A stretch of DNA of 62,097 bases, the filler included, from Nitrospirae bacterium CG2_30_53_67 (GTDB lineage Bacteria; CG2-30-53-67), in assembly GCA_001873285.1 (NCBI GenBank). It is 3 parts of 3 records of this genome, joined end to end, with 100 filler letters (N's around TTAATTAATTAA, not from the genome) between each part and the next. Parts side by side here need not be neighbours in the genome. Positions count along the whole stretch, not along the records: positions 44,619 to 62,097 come from MNYV01000112.1; 2 more parts are not named here. One strand, given 5' to 3'. The notes beneath the pieces are model-generated. The model was not told where the DNA came from, searched no databases, and was given only the letters and a program-made list of their open reading frames with translations. Numbering within the stretch: position 1 is the first letter of the stretch; every line of letters starts with the position of its first letter. This document shows positions 58,035-62,097 of this stretch, piece after piece. A program made the position numbers and the translations under genes.

Positions 58035-59942
58035 CTATTGGATACCGATCATCTCTTGTAAGATCTGTTTGATACTCTTTTTCTTGCGCAGGTGGATCAG
58101 GCGGATTTCCCTCATCGCCTCAATATATTTCGGGTCTCTCTCCAGCGCCCGGGAGAACATCTGCTCTGACCGGTCGGTATCGTCCCTGACCTTGTACACG
58201 CATCCCAGATAGAAAAACGGCCGGGCATCACGGGATGAGAGGTTCATGGCATAGTTAAAGGCGCTCTCCGCCAGATCCAACCGGTCCGGCTGTTCATCCG
58301 CGCCTTCCATGAATATCAGCCCCAGTTGGATATGATATTCGGTCTCTTTGGGATGGACCTGGATGGCTGAAATCAAGGCATTCTGAGCCCCTTCAAGGTC
58401 GCCCTGCCGGGAAAGGGCCATCCCCTTCTCGAAGAAATGCTCTGCCCGGGATATACTTTCATCTTTCGGCGGCTCTCTGAGACACGGATCCGAAGGGGCG
58501 GCTTTCAAGGTCTCCTTTTCTGTTTTTGATATATTCTGAAGGAGTTCCTGATAAACTTGGTTGATCCTCTGGAAGATTACCTTGATATAGTCGTTATATT
58601 TATCATCCAGCTTGTGAAAATAACGGTCCGGATGGTAGGTCTTGGCCATTTTCATGAAGCCCTGTTTGATCAGTTTCTTATCTTTTGTCTTTGAAATTTC
58701 AAGGATCTCGTAGGGGTTCTGTGACTGCACCTGGATATATTTCCTCAGGATGGACGATCTTTGGTCCTCATCCATCAAGGGCTCGGCGCCATGACCGGCC
58801 ATGAGATCCACATCGTCTTCTGTCATCTCTTCTGCGCCTTTTTTATGGATGATCCGGCATAAAAAAAGCGCATAGAGGAACTTCCTGACCATAACCGATG
58901 GGAGCTGCGCCTGATGGACGATCTCCTCCACCGAACGGCTTCCATCCACCAGAGAGAGGATCTTTTCTTCCTTTTCATTCAGTTGGATATTCTGAAAACG
59001 GAAACGGGGGTCGGAAGAGAGGACGAATACGGTATGAATCTCAGGGAAATGGCGTTCCAGCATCTCCGCCGTATAGGTCTTTTGCACTCCTCGGATGATG
59101 ACCTGTGCAGGAGCCGCTTTCAGTGTGATATACTCATCATGATCCGTGGACGGGACAAAATCGTAATACCCGGAATTCCAGGTGAAGACGCTGTGAAGGA
59201 TGTTGGTTAACTGCCTTTGCAAATACGTCTCCAGCGTGGCGGCATCTATCCTGCCCGATTCGAGCAGGAGCAAACCGAGACGTTTTCCCGTCTCTTTCAT
59301 GGTCTGAGAGATTTCACTGTATTGCATAGGCGAGATTTTGTGATCGGATAGAAGGAGTTCTCCGAGGCGCTCCTCTTTCTGGTTGGAGACGGCAAAGGAG
59401 ATATAACCATCCTTGAAATAGATTGATTTCCGTATATTCCCTTTTTCCAGGTAGAGAATTCCGGTTCTGTTCTCACCGTATAGCGTGTGCAGGAGACGTA
59501 GAATGGTCCCGTCTTTTAATTTTTTGAAGTGAAGCCGGGCCGTGTTGAGTCCTTCACCTGCATCGGCCCGATTCCCCGTCAGATCCTCGATGCGGGTAAA
59601 AAGATTCTGGACATTTAGAGGTTTTTCAAAATAACCGTCAGCGAGATATTCCTTGGAGGACTGCATTCGGTACTTGTGCCCTTTGTAGACGCCGGAGATG
59701 AGGAGGATCGGGGTTTCTTTGCCTTCCGGCATTTCCTTAATCTTCCTGCACAGGTCAAAACCGTGAAGTTTAGGAAGGAGCCCGTCCAGAAGAAGGATGT
59801 CCGGCCTTTCCCGGGTAAAGAGCTGAAAACCCTCCTCCCCGTCCCGTGCGGAAACCACCTCATAGCCGAGGGTCACGGCATATTCACTGAGGGCTTGAAC
59901 ACTCCCCTGATCATCATCAATAATTCCGATCTTGACTGTCAT
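58035..59942 (-). CDS. Multidomain receiver - DUF4388-like - DnaJ - TPR protein
   Basis: REC (IIDDD, LLDGLLP, KP); TGILYL...ERLGELL...FTWNSGYYDF; NPYEILEI...YHPDRY J-domain; C-terminal TPR helices. Confidence 0.82.
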   Translation of the reverse strand: MTVKIGIIDDDQGSVQALSEYAVTLGYEVVSARDGEEGFQLFTRERPDILLLDGLLPKLHGFDLCRKIKEMPEGKETPILLISGVYKGHKYRMQSSKEYLADGYFEKPLNVQNLFTRIEDLTGNRADAGEGLNTARLHFKKLKDGTILRLLHTLYGENRTGILYLEKGNIRKSIYFKDGYISFAVSNQKEERLGELLLSDHKISPMQYSEISQTMKETGKRLGLLLLESGRIDAATLETYLQRQLTNILHSVFTWNSGYYDFVPSTDHDEYITLKAAPAQVIIRGVQKTYTAEMLERHFPEIHTVFVLSSDPRFRFQNIQLNEKEEKILSLVDGSRSVEEIVHQAQLPSVMVRKFLYALFLCRIIHKKGAEEMTEDDVDLMAGHGAEPLMDEDQRSSILRKYIQVQSQNPYEILEISKTKDKKLIKQGFMKMAKTYHPDRYFHKLDDKYNDYIKVIFQRINQVYQELLQNISKTEKETLKAAPSDPCLREPPKDESISRAEHFFEKGMALSRQGDLEGAQNALISAIQVHPKETEYHIQLGLIFMEGADEQPDRLDLAESAFNYAMNLSSRDARPFFYLGCVYKVRDDTDRSEQMFSRALERDPKYIEAMREIRLIHLRKKKSIKQILQEMIGIQ

Positions 59943-60159
59943 TTCGTCTCTTGCACCCCTCATTCGGATGAACATCCCCGGGCCATCGCGGTGATAGACG
60001 TTTGGAACGTTAAGAACAGAAGATCATGACCGGATGCGCTTCCTTGTAACTTTATGATACTTCAGCAATAATATTCCTGTCAATCCATGTTTTTCACCTC
60101 CTGATTCCCTGTTGAAAAAGCGCTTTATTACCGGACCGAAACATGATAGAGTAAAAAAT

Positions 60160-60723
60160 ATGTTACGCGAATGGAAACCGATCCGAAGCGAATGCATCCA
60201 GCACTTCCGTATCTTTGATCTCATGCGGGAGACCTATATCTCCCCCAGAACCGGGGACCAGTACCCTTTTTATATCCTCCAGACCATGGACTGGGTCAAC
60301 ATCATCCCCCTGACCTCCGACCATCACGTGGTGATGATCCGTCAATTTCGGGCCGGGATTCGTTCTTTTACCCTTGAGATTCCCGGAGGGCTGGTGGATT
60401 CTTCAGACGGCTCCCCGCTCAAAGCGGCGAGGCGTGAGATGTGTGAGGAGACCGGGTATGACAGCGATGAGATCTTCTCCCTGGGGATGGCTCATCCCAA
60501 CCCGGCCTTCATGAACAACCGGTGCTATACGTTCTTTGCCAGGAACGTCTGCCGGATCGGTGAACAAAAACTGGACATTGGAGAGGATATTGATGTCTGC
60601 CTGATCCCATTGGAAAAGATTTCCGAACTCATTCAGAATGGGGAGATCACACACAGCTTAGTCTTAAACGCCTTTCAATGGTTTATGAATTCCGAATGCA
60701 GGAAAAAGGTCCCCGGTGAATAA
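60160..60723 (+). CDS. NUDIX hydrolase (ADP-ribose pyrophosphatase-like)
   Basis: EIPGGLVD...AARREMCEETGY Nudix box, DWVNII, RQFR. Confidence 0.9.
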   Translation: MLREWKPIRSECIQHFRIFDLMRETYISPRTGDQYPFYILQTMDWVNIIPLTSDHHVVMIRQFRAGIRSFTLEIPGGLVDSSDGSPLKAARREMCEETGYDSDEIFSLGMAHPNPAFMNNRCYTFFARNVCRIGEQKLDIGEDIDVCLIPLEKISELIQNGEITHSLVLNAFQWFMNSECRKKVPGE

Positions 60724-60822
60724 AAAGTTCTTTTGATCGTTATTATAGGCATAAGGATAAAGGATAGACAAAAGGGAACAAAAAAGATCTATTTGAAAAA
60801 AATAAAAGGAAAGGAGACCTTT

Positions 60823-61215
60823 ATGAAAAAATGGATGATTCCCGCTATGCTGATCAGCTTTCTCAGTCTTTCAGTCCTATCACCGGCAGAAGCAGGCGAA
60901 AGAAGCCGTCACCGTTGGCAGGGAATCGCCATCGGAGCCGCCTCCTATATGGTTCTGGACCACCTGTTCAACCGTCCGGCAGGTTACGGATATTCGCAAC
61001 CGGCCTATGTCTACCCTGCGCCGACCGTGATTTATGAATACCGGCCTGCCCCCCCACCCTGCTACCCGCCTGAAACCCGACATTATAGAAAACAATACTA
61101 TTCGGAACGCCAGATGGAGAGCGGTTACTGGGAATCCGTCTGGATTCCTGGACATTATGACCGTTCCGGCAGGTACATTGATGGTCACTATGAAAGATAT
61201 TATGTAGAGGATTGA
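60823..61215 (+). CDS. Secreted Tyr/Pro-rich hypothetical protein
   Basis: AAGGAG RBS; signal peptide ending AEA; GYWESVWIPGHY...YIDGHYE repeats. Confidence 0.7.
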   Translation: MKKWMIPAMLISFLSLSVLSPAEAGERSRHRWQGIAIGAASYMVLDHLFNRPAGYGYSQPAYVYPAPTVIYEYRPAPPPCYPPETRHYRKQYYSERQMESGYWESVWIPGHYDRSGRYIDGHYERYYVED

Positions 61216-61229
61216 CGGCGCCTCTATAT

Positions 61230-61367
61230 TCAGGAAACTGAATCGCAGGGCAGGATCTTCTCCTTGAGAAGACGAATTCTCTCTTGAGTCATCTCGGACT
61301 TGAGCGTCCATGGATCAATGGAAGGGTCGTCTTTTTTCTTGATCAGGAGCCATTCGTTTCCCTTTTT
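61230..61367 (-). pseudogene. 3' remnant of a LigD 3'-phosphoesterase-domain gene
   Basis: KKGNEWLLIKKKDDPSIDPWTLKSEMT...ILPCDSVS*; in-frame stop directly upstream and no start codon. Confidence 0.5.
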
Positions 61368-61460
61368 TCACTCATAAAAAAATTAGTTTACAATCATAGG
61401 AATTCCATATACAATAACTATGGACTTAATCAACAACCTGATCAATAGGAGGATAACTCT

Positions 61461-61865
61461 ATGAAATGGTTCATGATTTTTTTTTCATGTATGATGATCT
61501 CATTTGGGCTTTCCGCTTCATTGTTTGCAGACGACAATCAGAATGCCGTCACCTTGATTAACAGCAACGATTACCCGCCCAACAACCTGGTGCTTGCCGT
61601 TGATAAACTGGGCCGCGGGGTCCTCAATACCGCCTTCGGTGTGGTGGAGATTCCAAAGCAGTCCATCAAAAGGTCCATTGACACCGACAGTTCCTATGGT
61701 TACGTTTCCGGTTTCTTTATAGGAATCGGATATTTCGTCCTCAGGGAACTCTCCGGTGTTTATGAGATCGTGACGTTCCCCTTCCCGGTTCCTGCCGGCT
61801 ATGCGCCTGTGATTGACCCCATCCTGGGATACAAGCCGAAAATCATACCCAAAATTTCCGACTAA
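61461..61865 (+). CDS. Exosortase system-associated protein (TIGR04073-like)
   Basis: Signal peptide; KLGRGVLNTAFGVVEIPK...RELSGVYEIVTFPFPVP. Confidence 0.8.
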   Translation: MKWFMIFFSCMMISFGLSASLFADDNQNAVTLINSNDYPPNNLVLAVDKLGRGVLNTAFGVVEIPKQSIKRSIDTDSSYGYVSGFFIGIGYFVLRELSGVYEIVTFPFPVPAGYAPVIDPILGYKPKIIPKISD

Positions 61866-62028
61866 GTGGCCCTATTCGTAAATACGGTCGCATTCGAGTG
61901 CCGTAGGGCGGCCTCATCTGCGTTCCGCTCCTTGCGGCGTACCACAGTGGGTACACCTCAGTCGCGCGCCTTGATGAGACCACCCTACGACCCTCTCGGT
62001 ACGTTACCATATTTACGAACAGGACCAC
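61866..62028. mobile_element. MITE family B, copy 2 (empty of the 21-bp insert)
   Basis: Same TIRs as 44261-44442; TAA on both flanks, the left one being the stop codon of the upstream gene. Confidence 0.88.
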
Positions 62029-62051
62029 TAAGTATGGAAGGTCTCACTCAA

Positions 62052-62093
62052 GTTCACCCCGTTAGAGGCCTTAAGGCCTCTAACGGGGTGAAC
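62052..62093. repeat. Perfect 42-bp palindrome
   Basis: GTTCACCCCGTTAGAGGCCTT|AAGGCCTCTAACGGGGTGAAC. Confidence 0.9.
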
Positions 62094-62097
62094 CGTT

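Overview
Bacterial genomic DNA, probably an anaerobic Desulfobacterota/Nitrospirota-like draft genome or MAG (inferred from gene content, not tested). The window is three contigs joined by two artificial 100-nt N spacers carrying a TTAATTAATTAA linker (26871-26970, 44519-44618), so adjacency across these gaps is not evidence of linkage. Segment 1 holds a heme operon (ccsA-hemA-hemC-cobA/hemD-hemB-orf-hemL-terC), his genes interrupted by a REC-GAF-GGDEF gene, rsmA-dapF-orf-dapA, a sensor kinase, and a sigma54-driven PEP-CTERM-type exopolysaccharide locus. Segment 2 holds the 5' end of a group II intron, a vsr-dcm-GIY-YIG restriction-modification cassette, an Rrf2-DUF39-cysK-NIL/ferredoxin sulfur amino acid operon, rpsU-yqeY-mutS2-dnaG-rpoD and two AlkP-superfamily paralogues. 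Segment 3 holds infC (5' part), thrS, tRNA-Val(GAC), HU, dusB-ntrB-ntrC, tsaD, murJ, trxA, ihfB and others. The most unusual signal is non-coding: several MITE/REP families in the intergenic DNA are themselves carrying precise 16-28 bp hairpin inserts. One identical 21-mer sits, without target duplication, in two unrelated element families, and an empty sister copy of each family is present in this window.
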